A stretch of 32,000 nt of DNA from Dehalococcoidia bacterium (GCA_963665605.1 OY762409.1:3491436-3523435); one strand, 5' to 3'; shown: positions 9,729 through 18,291, numbered from the stretch's first letter. Numbers and translations: made by a program. The notes: generated from the letters alone by a model not told the origin.

Positions 9729-12224
9729 TTGTCTTTCACTATGAACCAAATACTCGAAAAAATGAGCTTGCTCGTAACGGTACGACCATACATTACGCTC
9801 GTTGTCTTGCTCGCTATTACCGTATTGCTTGCCGCTGGGACTACGCTGCGCGTACCTCCGACGGAAGGCGCAGATGTAGCTTTTCTTCCGCCCGGGCACG
9901 CCGTCGCCAATGCGGCGCAGGAAATAGATGAGCTATTCGGGGACTCCGGCGACGTGAGCGTCGTCACACTCATTTTCCGCGGAGATGCGCTCACACCAGG
10001 CGGACTCTCCCAGATGTCCGGCCTGATCAACAAGATTGTCAGCGACCCGGCTGTAGGTGGGTTGCTGGTACCCGCCGACCCGGTAATCGCACCCTCTTTT
10101 CTGGTTCAGGCTGCGCTCCAATTGGAAAACCTGGAGTCGATCACGCAGGCAGAAATCGACGCTGTCGGCAATGTCCCACAAATTGGAGGGGCTATCGCCG
10201 CGATGACCGGAACCGACACGGACGGTACACCGGTTGCGATTGCCAACATTAGCCTGAGTGATACGGGTGAGGAAAGGGTCAAAGACGCGGAGCGGAGGAT
10301 CAACGAGTTAGCGGTGGGGGATAGTGGTCCTCTAGCTGTGAGCAGTCTATCACCCGCGATAGTCGAGGACGAGTACAGGGAAGCCACGGAATCGGGAATG
10401 GGGCCGCTTATAGGACTGGCACTGCTACTGATAACGGGGCTGCTCTTCCTGTTCACTCGCACCATCTCTGATACGCTGCTGACGCTATTAGGGCTCATAC
10501 TGTCGTTGACCTGGATTATCGGGGCAGAGGGCTGGCTAGGCCCGGAAGGGATCGGCCTGATAGGGCCACCGAGTTCGCTCACTGCGATGGTCCCGGTCAT
10601 CATCATCAGCCTCACAGTGGATTACGCAATCCAGGCGGTCTCCCATTATCGCGAGCAGCGTGCTGAAGGCGAGCCGGTTATTCAGGCAGTACGCAACGGG
10701 CTTCGAAACGTGACTGTGCCGCTTACACTGGCAGCCGTCACGACGATCGTCAGCCTGCTGGCTACCCTGTTCTCGCCGATCGGGGTGATTGGCGACTTCG
10801 GCATCGTCGCGGGACTGGGCGTCGGGTTGAGCCTGATAGTGATGCTGACACTGATACCGGCGGGCAGGACGATCATCGATCGGCGGCGCGAGTCGCGCGG
10901 TACATTGCCGCCTCCTCGCCCGCTCGCGAATGCATTGCCTGGGGTTAGCCAGATGGCGGAGCAGTTGGGCAGATGGGTTACGCGCAGGCCGGCACCCTAC
11001 ATTGTCGTCGTAATCTTGATCACCATAGGGCTTGGGTATGCCGCAACCGGCTTGAAGTCGGAATTCAGCATCCGCGACATCCTCCCCAGAGGTGGAAGCG
11101 TGGTCGAGGACATGGACACCCTCGAAGCCGCTGTCGGTGGTTCGACTGAGATCGCAACCCTCCTTGTGAAAGCCGAGGCGACGGAAACCCGCACTCTTCT
11201 GAATCTCCAGGATCTGACTTCTTCCTTCGGGGATGAGAATCGCCGTCCGCGTGCAGCGGCAGGCCCGATCCAGACGTCATATTATGCACATCTGCGAGAC
11301 TGGATCGACGACTCCGGCGAGCCCGGCGACAAATACGACCCTGAGCTTGAAGCACTTTTCCACCAGGCTTCAGCCGAGGTAGAACTTGATCCGGCTCTGA
11401 TGCAGGAATTACTCGATAAGCTTGTCGCGAGAGAGCCGGAACTGGCGCGCTTCCTGGTCAACGATCCACAGGGCATAGACACAATGTTGCTGCAGTTCCC
11501 AACTTATCTGGGCGATCCGGAGCAGTCCAGGATGATTCAGGAGGAAACAGAGGCGCTATGGTTCGGCGATGACAGCCACGTCACGGCGACTTCACCTAGC
11601 ATCGTCGCAGTCGCGGTTACGGACCAGATTACCGACGGCCAGACGGAGTCAATCAGCACTACCATTGCTGTGGCGCTGGGCATCCTCACTATCTTCTTCT
11701 GGGTGACGCTGCGCCAGCCGGCTCTGGGATTCGTCGCTGTGGGGCCCATCGTCCTCGTCCTCGTCAGCGTGCTGGGCACTATGGCGCTGTTGGACATCCC
11801 CTACACACTTGTCACCTCGATTATCACCGCGTTATCAATCGGCATAGGTGTGGACTACACCATACATGTCATTCACCGATACAGGGAGGAATACTTCCGC
11901 CTGCGCAACCCGGAGAGAGCGGCGGTTCGAACACTCGCGACTACGGGTTCGGCGTTGCTCGGATCTGCGCTGACGACGGCCATGGGATTTGGAGTGCTGA
12001 TTGCCTCACCGTTGCAGGCGTCGCAGCAGTTCGGCATCACGGCGACAATTACCATCGTCTATTCGCTGATAGTCTCCATACTGGTCGTGCTGCCCGCGAT
12101 GGTGGTCTGGGGGGCGTACCAGAACATGAGGCTTCGCTCCTCGATTGAACGCATGTGGAGCGAGCTTGACGTGGCAATTGAGGATATACATCTCCGACAC
12201 GAGAGGGGAGAGGGCGCATCGTAG
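9729..12224 (+). CDS. RND-superfamily MMPL/HpnN-like (HAE3-type) lipid transporter
   Basis: 831 aa with 1+5 / 1+5 TM topology and two large extracytoplasmic loops. Duplicated proton-relay Asp-Tyr motifs occur in the equivalents of TM4 and TM10 (SLTVDYAIQ and GIGVDYTIHVIHRY), as in MmpL/HpnN proteins. The track start at 9729 is TTG; the ATG at 9741 is an alternative. Confidence 0.9.
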   Translation: MSFTMNQILEKMSLLVTVRPYITLVVLLAITVLLAAGTTLRVPPTEGADVAFLPPGHAVANAAQEIDELFGDSGDVSVVTLIFRGDALTPGGLSQMSGLINKIVSDPAVGGLLVPADPVIAPSFLVQAALQLENLESITQAEIDAVGNVPQIGGAIAAMTGTDTDGTPVAIANISLSDTGEERVKDAERRINELAVGDSGPLAVSSLSPAIVEDEYREATESGMGPLIGLALLLITGLLFLFTRTISDTLLTLLGLILSLTWIIGAEGWLGPEGIGLIGPPSSLTAMVPVIIISLTVDYAIQAVSHYREQRAEGEPVIQAVRNGLRNVTVPLTLAAVTTIVSLLATLFSPIGVIGDFGIVAGLGVGLSLIVMLTLIPAGRTIIDRRRESRGTLPPPRPLANALPGVSQMAEQLGRWVTRRPAPYIVVVILITIGLGYAATGLKSEFSIRDILPRGGSVVEDMDTLEAAVGGSTEIATLLVKAEATETRTLLNLQDLTSSFGDENRRPRAAAGPIQTSYYAHLRDWIDDSGEPGDKYDPELEALFHQASAEVELDPALMQELLDKLVAREPELARFLVNDPQGIDTMLLQFPTYLGDPEQSRMIQEETEALWFGDDSHVTATSPSIVAVAVTDQITDGQTESISTTIAVALGILTIFFWVTLRQPALGFVAVGPIVLVLVSVLGTMALLDIPYTLVTSIITALSIGIGVDYTIHVIHRYREEYFRLRNPERAAVRTLATTGSALLGSALTTAMGFGVLIASPLQASQQFGITATITIVYSLIVSILVVLPAMVVWGAYQNMRLRSSIERMWSELDVAIEDIHLRHERGEGAS

Positions 12225-12250
12225 GCGGCACGCTCCGGAGGTTTTCCTAC

Positions 12251-13303
12251 ATGTTGAAGAGTCTCTCGCAACTTCGTGAACTATCCACAGGGCTGAAGTC
12301 CGCGTACCGCGGCTTCGACACCCACCTCCGCACGAGAGAATTCGAAGGCTGGACTGACAGGGCGAGCGTGGAGGATGACGGTGCGATCGGCTACGACCAC
12401 GCTGAAACCGTCAAGGAATACTATGACCTTTGCGGTGAGTTCATGTTGTTCGGTTGGGGCGAATCCCTACACTTCGCACCGCTATCGCCCCGCGAAAGCT
12501 TGGAGGACTCCAAGATACGGCATCAGCGACTGATGATTGCCAAATTGGAGTTGCTCGAAGGGATGACAGTCATTGATATTGGCTGTGGGATAGGTGGCCC
12601 GATGCGCCGCGTCGTCCGGGAGGCCGGAGTCAGGGTAGTTGGAGTCAACAACAACGAAATCCAGCTGAAGAAAGCGAAGTCGTTGAATACTGAGGCGGGC
12701 ATCGCCCACATGGTTGATTATAAGGCTTGCAGCTTCATGGATATGGGCACCGTCGCTGACGACACTTTTGATCGGGGCTACGCGATAGAGTCGACTTGCC
12801 ATGCGCCGGATAAGGCGGGAGCGTTCGCCGAGATATACCGAGTGCTGAAACCCGGCGCGCTTTTCTGGGGTCAGGAAATGTGCCTGACGGACGAGTTCGA
12901 CCCCGACGACAGGCGACACCGCGCCATCAAGCGGGAGTTGATGCACGGGATCGCGCTCAAGGACATAGCGACGATGGGCGAGGTCAACCGCGCTCTCGAA
13001 GCGGCGGGATTCCAGGTCATCGAGGGGAGAGACCATGCCGTCGAGGGGGACAGTCAGACCACGCCTTGGTATCAGCCGATGGAAACCCGGCACGGAACGC
13101 TAGGCGACGCTCTGCGTAGGACTCCACTGGGCCGCAAGTTGATGATGTGGGCATCTAGGCTTGCAGAGGCAGTGGGGGTGTTTCCGAAAGGCTCCTCGGA
13201 CGTAATAGGTCTGATGGATCGTACCGCCAACGCCTATGTCGAGGGTGGCAGGGCGGGCATTTTCACACCGCTGTACTGTTTTCTGGCTCGCAAGCCGCTT
13301 TAG
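12251..13303 (+). CDS. Sterol 24-C-methyltransferase (SMT/ERG6) family SAM-dependent methyltransferase
   Basis: All SMT signature regions are present. Region I: YYDLCGEFMLFGWGESLHFAP (12419-12478). SAM motif: VIDIGCGIGGP (12569-12601). YAIESTCHAP (12779-12808). Sterol_MT_C-like tail: TPWYQPM...LGRKL...PKGSSDV...EGGRAGIFTPLYCFLARKP. It aligns along its length with yeast ERG6 as I recall it. GGAGG RBS, 26 nt after the RND stop codon. Confidence 0.9.
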   Translation: MLKSLSQLRELSTGLKSAYRGFDTHLRTREFEGWTDRASVEDDGAIGYDHAETVKEYYDLCGEFMLFGWGESLHFAPLSPRESLEDSKIRHQRLMIAKLELLEGMTVIDIGCGIGGPMRRVVREAGVRVVGVNNNEIQLKKAKSLNTEAGIAHMVDYKACSFMDMGTVADDTFDRGYAIESTCHAPDKAGAFAEIYRVLKPGALFWGQEMCLTDEFDPDDRRHRAIKRELMHGIALKDIATMGEVNRALEAAGFQVIEGRDHAVEGDSQTTPWYQPMETRHGTLGDALRRTPLGRKLMMWASRLAEAVGVFPKGSSDVIGLMDRTANAYVEGGRAGIFTPLYCFLARKPL

Positions 13304-13354
13304 AAATCTTGGTCGCGGTCCGTCGTCCAGACTGTCGGGCGTGCCCGTGGCGCA

Positions 13355-15382
13355 CTAGAAGTTAATCTCGTGCCGCTGCTCGGCGATGCGGAACTTCAGC
13401 TTCTTGCTTGGCTTCATGGATGGCAGCGGACTGAACTTGAGCTTGTAGTCGCCAGGCGACACCTTGAGCGTAAAGTAATGCGCGACCATGAGCACATTGA
13501 CGGCGAGCTGCGTTTCCATCCACCGCGAGCCGAGACAAATATGCGTGCCCAGTCCGTAGGGCGCGTATCCGGGGCTGTGGTGCTCGTTGCGCGGTGGCAG
13601 GTATCGGTCTATGTCGAATGTGGTCGAGTCGGGAAAGAACTCGTCCATGAAATGGGTCGCCGCCTGAGCGATAACGAGCTTCGCTCCCAACGGTAGCTGA
13701 TAACCTTCGACCATGCACGAATTCATCACATGCCGCATAGACACAGGCACTATTGGGTAGAGGCGCAGGCTCTCCATGAGGAAGCGATGGGTGACATCGA
13801 TCGAGGACGGAGTGAGGTCTTCGGGATTCGGGTCGCCGTTCTCGAATAGTGCGTCGGCCTCTTCTTGGATCCTGGCGTAGATTTCAGGTTGCGAGGCCAT
13901 TGCGTATAGCGCGAAGCTGAACGCGTCGCCAAGGTACACACTGGCAATCAAAGCCGCCGATAGAGCGAATCGCAGGTTCGACTCCGGGTAGAACTGTGGG
14001 TCGCTCGCGTGTAGGCTCAGAATGTCGTCGGCAAGATTTCTAGAAGCGTCAGCCCGCTGAGCGGGCGTATGCACGCTCTGTATTCGTTCCAGTAAGATGT
14101 CCACCGATTTCGCGCGGCGTCTCATGCCCGGGGTTTTCAGCATGAATTTGGGCAGAGCCTTCACGATGTGAGTGCTGAGCGCCCGCTCCTTGTACTCCGC
14201 CAAGTCGTCAAAGATGTCCTGAGAATCGACGCTGACAAAGAGCGGAGAAATCTGTGAGTTTATCATTCGGCGGCACATGCGCGTGGCGGGGTAGGCGTCT
14301 CCAACCGTCCACTCTGCCATATGTTTCCGCGCGTAATTGATTAGCTGGTCCATCTCGCCCATTAATCTGTTGCGAGAATATGCCGGCGACAAGGACTTGC
14401 GGAGGCGAAAATGGTCTGCCCCGTCCATCGAAGGCAATACCCCGGACGCGCCATAGACCTTTTCGAAGTCGGAAAAGTAGTCCCTGGTTCTCAGATGCAG
14501 GCGTCCTTGCCGATGCACCCAGCGATTCGTGTCTGCCCCTGCCAGGACTATTATCGGCTCGGTTAACGGAGGCCGCAGTTCGAATACTGGGCCGTACTCG
14601 CGCGCGAGGTCCGCGAAGAGCGCGGGGACGTTTCCGGTGCGAATATGCGGATTGAACAGCAGCTTGCTCAGAGAGACGACAGGGATTTTCCTGGTGAGGC
14701 TGGATTGTCGGAGCGCCGGACCCGCGAGGTTGTGGGAGACTGCATTGGTGATTGCCCGTCCGATCAAGTCAATCTTGGAAATGGCTTGGATACGCGCTTC
14801 CACCTCGTCATCCAACTGGAATATGAAGCGCAATACGTCGCACGTATTGAGCAGGCCGATGATGATGACCTCTCTCGGATAGGGAATCACATCATTGAAC
14901 AGCACCCTTCTGATGCGCGATGCGATGAACTCAGTCGCGGTGCCGTCTTCGTCATCGAAGTTCATATCTGCTCGACCGACAGTTCGGGATAGCGTCCAGA
15001 ACTCTCCGTCGTGATGCTCAAGGATATTCAGATGGACAAGTCGGTCCAGAGTCAGCTCGATGATCGACTCTGCACGAGGAGCGAGCCTTTCGATCCAGTA
15101 CTGCGCGTCCCGTTGAGTCGTTTCCTCCGCAATCGTCTTGAGGATGGGATCGAGGACAGGATCGCCGACTTCGGTCTGATCCAGAAGAATCAGGGAATCC
15201 CTGTCCGTGTCAATGCGAGAAATGAGCGATAACTCAGCGAGTACGGCGCCAATGACGGCGCAGTTTAGGTCCCAGCCCGGGACCTGATGGAAGTATCCGG
15301 TCTCCTCGTTGAGGAGCATCAGAATCAACTCTTCCGGCAAGCTTAGAGGCTGAGTCGTCACACCTTCCATTAAGAGAGTCAC
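13355..15382 (-). CDS. Fusion protein: N-terminal GPP34/GOLPH3-like domain plus C-terminal cytochrome P450
   Basis: The first ~230 aa (about 14693-15355) match the GPP34 pattern: LPEELILMLLNEETGYF...AVIGAVLAELSLISRI...DPVLDPILKTI...WIERL. The remainder is a P450 with ExxR (ESLRLYP) and the haem loop PYGLGTHICLG. The Cys-616 codon TGT is at 13535-13537, checked by hand. GTG start with AGGGAG 8 nt upstream. Confidence 0.9.
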   Translation of the reverse strand: MTLLMEGVTTQPLSLPEELILMLLNEETGYFHQVPGWDLNCAVIGAVLAELSLISRIDTDRDSLILLDQTEVGDPVLDPILKTIAEETTQRDAQYWIERLAPRAESIIELTLDRLVHLNILEHHDGEFWTLSRTVGRADMNFDDEDGTATEFIASRIRRVLFNDVIPYPREVIIIGLLNTCDVLRFIFQLDDEVEARIQAISKIDLIGRAITNAVSHNLAGPALRQSSLTRKIPVVSLSKLLFNPHIRTGNVPALFADLAREYGPVFELRPPLTEPIIVLAGADTNRWVHRQGRLHLRTRDYFSDFEKVYGASGVLPSMDGADHFRLRKSLSPAYSRNRLMGEMDQLINYARKHMAEWTVGDAYPATRMCRRMINSQISPLFVSVDSQDIFDDLAEYKERALSTHIVKALPKFMLKTPGMRRRAKSVDILLERIQSVHTPAQRADASRNLADDILSLHASDPQFYPESNLRFALSAALIASVYLGDAFSFALYAMASQPEIYARIQEEADALFENGDPNPEDLTPSSIDVTHRFLMESLRLYPIVPVSMRHVMNSCMVEGYQLPLGAKLVIAQAATHFMDEFFPDSTTFDIDRYLPPRNEHHSPGYAPYGLGTHICLGSRWMETQLAVNVLMVAHYFTLKVSPGDYKLKFSPLPSMKPSKKLKFRIAEQRHEINF

Positions 15383-15464
15383 CAGTCTTGCTCCCTGTGC
15401 GTAATACTGATTGATTCAGCCCATTTGACTCAAGGATACCCTAGCGCGCTGGTCGCGGAAAGGG

Positions 15465-15474
15465 GTACATGTAC
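15465..15474. promoter_or_regulatory. Perfect palindrome GTACATGTAC in the divergent P450/Rieske intergenic region
   Basis: Seen directly. Three CCATTT(G/A) copies also lie at 15420-15427, 15504-15510 and 15570-15577 in the same 278-bp divergent promoter region. Short motifs like these can arise by chance. Confidence 0.2.
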
Positions 15475-15660
15475 AATTCAAATAGGAACTCTCGTAATTT
15501 GGTCCATTTGTAACAGTTGCCTGAGTGCAGGATGTCATGTCCAGGCCGACCATCCTTGCATAAGATATCCCATTTACCAACAATGAGCGGATATTTAGAG
15601 AGTCGCTGTTCTCGGGCTGGCAGACTTGGCTGGACAAAAGGTGAGTGTGAGGGCTGATAG

Positions 15661-16695
15661 ATGGTTACCAGACGCAGAGAATTCACATACGTTCAGTCGC
15701 CCGATCCCTTCCCCGAAGGTTGGTACTTCGTCGCTACTCGAAAGGCCGTACTAAAGGCCAAGCTCATTCAGAAGACTTGGATGGGCGAGAACATCGTTGT
15801 CTGGAGTGACAAGAATGACCGCGTCTGTGTAGCCGAAGCCGTCTGTCCACATCTTGGAGCCGATCTCGGACCATCAGCCGGGGGCAGCATACGCGACGGA
15901 CGGCTGTTATGTCCTTTCCATGGCTACGAGTTTGACGCCACTGGACAATGCGTCGGCACTCCTTTTGCCCCTCCTCCCAGGGCAGCGAAGCTGCGAGTCT
16001 TCGAGACGCAGGAGATTCTCGGCCTGATCTTCGCATGGTGGGGCATCGGGGGACGTGAACCGCAATGGCGCCTACCCGATGATACTTTGGGGGAAGTTGG
16101 ATGGGGCGAATTCATAATCAACACCCTCCGTTTTCCCGGTCATCCACAGGAAACAGCGGAAAACTCGGTAGATCTGGCACATCTCCGCTATGTGCACGGC
16201 TACGATAACGTGAATCCAATCGTGGAGGCGGATGTGGACGGCCCACGCCTGAAAACTCGCTTCGACTTCAAGAGAACACGAACAATCGCGGGCGCCGTAA
16301 ACCTCACCTTCGATATTTCTGCCAGCGCAACCATCGTAGGTCTTGGCTATTCGTTTGTGGAGGTACGGGAGCATTCGATTGGCATGGATTTGCGCCTGTG
16401 GGTGCTAGCGACGCCAGTCGATGGGAATCTCATTGACATGACTCTGGTTTCACAGGCGCGGGAGATACGAAAGCCGAAGCGAATATTTGCAGGCCTTGGG
16501 TTTCTCCCCGTGGGTCTCCGCGCTCCCATTATCAATAGATTCATGGCCTCTCAGCAAAAGCAGGACGTTCTTCAGGACGTGGTTATCTGGAGCAAAAAAC
16601 AGTACCGGTCCCGCCCGCGACTCTCGCGCTCTGACGGCAAAATCATGCCGTTCAGGCACTACTGCACCCAGTTCTACCCCGACCCAGAGGATTAG
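15661..16695 (+). CDS. Rieske [2Fe-2S] non-haem-iron oxygenase, KshA/Neverland-like
   Basis: Rieske motif CPHLGADLG-x13-CPFHGYEF (C62, H64, C84, H87; 15844-15921). Mononuclear-iron motif ENSVDLAHLRYVH (DxxHxxxxH; 16171-16197). GAGGG RBS. Confidence 0.9.
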   Translation: MVTRRREFTYVQSPDPFPEGWYFVATRKAVLKAKLIQKTWMGENIVVWSDKNDRVCVAEAVCPHLGADLGPSAGGSIRDGRLLCPFHGYEFDATGQCVGTPFAPPPRAAKLRVFETQEILGLIFAWWGIGGREPQWRLPDDTLGEVGWGEFIINTLRFPGHPQETAENSVDLAHLRYVHGYDNVNPIVEADVDGPRLKTRFDFKRTRTIAGAVNLTFDISASATIVGLGYSFVEVREHSIGMDLRLWVLATPVDGNLIDMTLVSQAREIRKPKRIFAGLGFLPVGLRAPIINRFMASQQKQDVLQDVVIWSKKQYRSRPRLSRSDGKIMPFRHYCTQFYPDPED

Positions 16696-16884
16696 GACAA
16701 CTTCCTCGGCACTTGCCTTGAACGAGACAGGTTGGCTGACGCCTTCCCTTTCTTGCAGTCCGTTGTGGCAGATCTTGTCCAGAGAGCCGGCCGATTCATC
16801 TTCGTAGATGCTCCTTGATGCCCTCAGTTTCCTGCAACTCTAGTAAGCCACGGCAATTGTGGCGGATTATTTCCAAACGCCTTG

Positions 16885-18291
16885 TCAGCTCAGGATCGGC
16901 CATTCAGGTTGCGGGTCTATACCAAGCCGCTTCGCTCGCGAAATGACCGAGTCAGAGACGTTTCGGTAAGACTCGTCCTCGTCCACTCGTGTTGAGTGGC
17001 CTCCACTGAAGATGATTTCACCGTTGACAATGACCGTATCCACGCTTCCGGCTCCCATCGTTAGCGTGAGGAGGTGGAGCGGGTTGTTGGCAGGGTAGGA
17101 TTCGGCCGCCCGCGCGGACCTCACAACGACATCCGCACGCTTTCCGGCTTCCAGGCTTCCCAGTTCCGTGCTCATGCCCGCTGCCGCAGCTGCGTTGATT
17201 GTCTGCATCTCGAGCAAGGCCTCAGGGGAAAGGGGATCGTCGTAGGTCTGTGACGCGAACCGTCCAGCAAGCATGGTATGTCCGGGTGTGCTGTCCCGCG
17301 CAGCGTCGGTGCCAAGCGCGACAGGTACTCCTCTGCGATGTCGTTCTGCCATCTTGAAATGCGCACTGCTTCCAAGTCCGAGCGAGAAGAAGGCAGCAGG
17401 ACACCAAACGATCTGACAGCCGGATTGCTGTACCGCCCTTTCCTCCGCTTCGTCCAGTACGTTGGCATGGACGATGGCGGTGTGCTCGTCAAGGACGCCG
17501 AGTTCTTGCATGTGAACGAACTGGCTGACGCCGTTCAAAGCTCGATAGATTTCTGCTTCCTCCGGCACGTACCCGGCGTGCAGATGCAATGGCACATTGT
17601 TGTCGCGAGCGCATTGATGGGCAGCCTGCAATAGCGCGGGTGAAGCAGTTCCTAGTCCATAGATGAAAACGAAGCCTCGGACTAGAGCATCGGAGTCACT
17701 GTTGCGGTGAAGTTCCACATCCAGCTGCTCAAGTGACCGGTCGAGATTCACGGGTGCGCGATCCGTCAGACTCGGACTCACCAGTGATGGAATCGCATCG
17801 AAGGTCTCCTGCCGGTCCCAGAGGTAGAGCGGGCCGAAAAGTGCTCTCAGACCCACGCGTTCTACCGCTTGCGCCGCCGCATCGGTTGCAAACAGCGAGC
17901 CTGGCTCGATAAACATCGTGAAGCCACATCGAAGCATTTCCAGTCCGGCCATGGCGGTTGCCGCAGCCTCGTCTTCATCGGTAACTCCCGCCTTCCAGTC
18001 TGCGAAATTGACGGACGATGAGCCGGAGTTCCGCACGTTGGCGAACACCCCCCTGCAGGAAGTATGAACGACGTGATTGTGGGCGTCGATGAAGCCGGGA
18101 TGAACTATGCCGCCTCCTGCATCCACGGTCTGCTTCGCATCGAAGCGTTGCAGTAACTCGCTATCCGCGCCAACTTCCACGATGCGCGAGCCGGTGATCG
18201 CCACCGCACCCGGACGGAGAATCCTGCGTTCGGCATCTACCGTGACGACCTGGCCGTCGCGAATGAGGATATCGCATGTGCGCTTGTTCAT
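16885..18291 (-). CDS. Metal-dependent amidohydrolase-superfamily protein (deaminase/chlorohydrolase-like)
   Basis: N-terminus CDILIRDGQVVTVD, HxH metal motif HPGFIDAHNHV, later HLHA and HANV motifs and GTDA. The track ORF begins at GTG 18363. The ATG at 18291 (MNKRTCDILI...) has GGAG 8 nt upstream and gives a typical family N-terminus. Confidence 0.9.
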   Translation of the reverse strand: MNKRTCDILIRDGQVVTVDAERRILRPGAVAITGSRIVEVGADSELLQRFDAKQTVDAGGGIVHPGFIDAHNHVVHTSCRGVFANVRNSGSSSVNFADWKAGVTDEDEAAATAMAGLEMLRCGFTMFIEPGSLFATDAAAQAVERVGLRALFGPLYLWDRQETFDAIPSLVSPSLTDRAPVNLDRSLEQLDVELHRNSDSDALVRGFVFIYGLGTASPALLQAAHQCARDNNVPLHLHAGYVPEEAEIYRALNGVSQFVHMQELGVLDEHTAIVHANVLDEAEERAVQQSGCQIVWCPAAFFSLGLGSSAHFKMAERHRRGVPVALGTDAARDSTPGHTMLAGRFASQTYDDPLSPEALLEMQTINAAAAAGMSTELGSLEAGKRADVVVRSARAAESYPANNPLHLLTLTMGAGSVDTVIVNGEIIFSGGHSTRVDEDESYRNVSDSVISRAKRLGIDPQPEWPILS

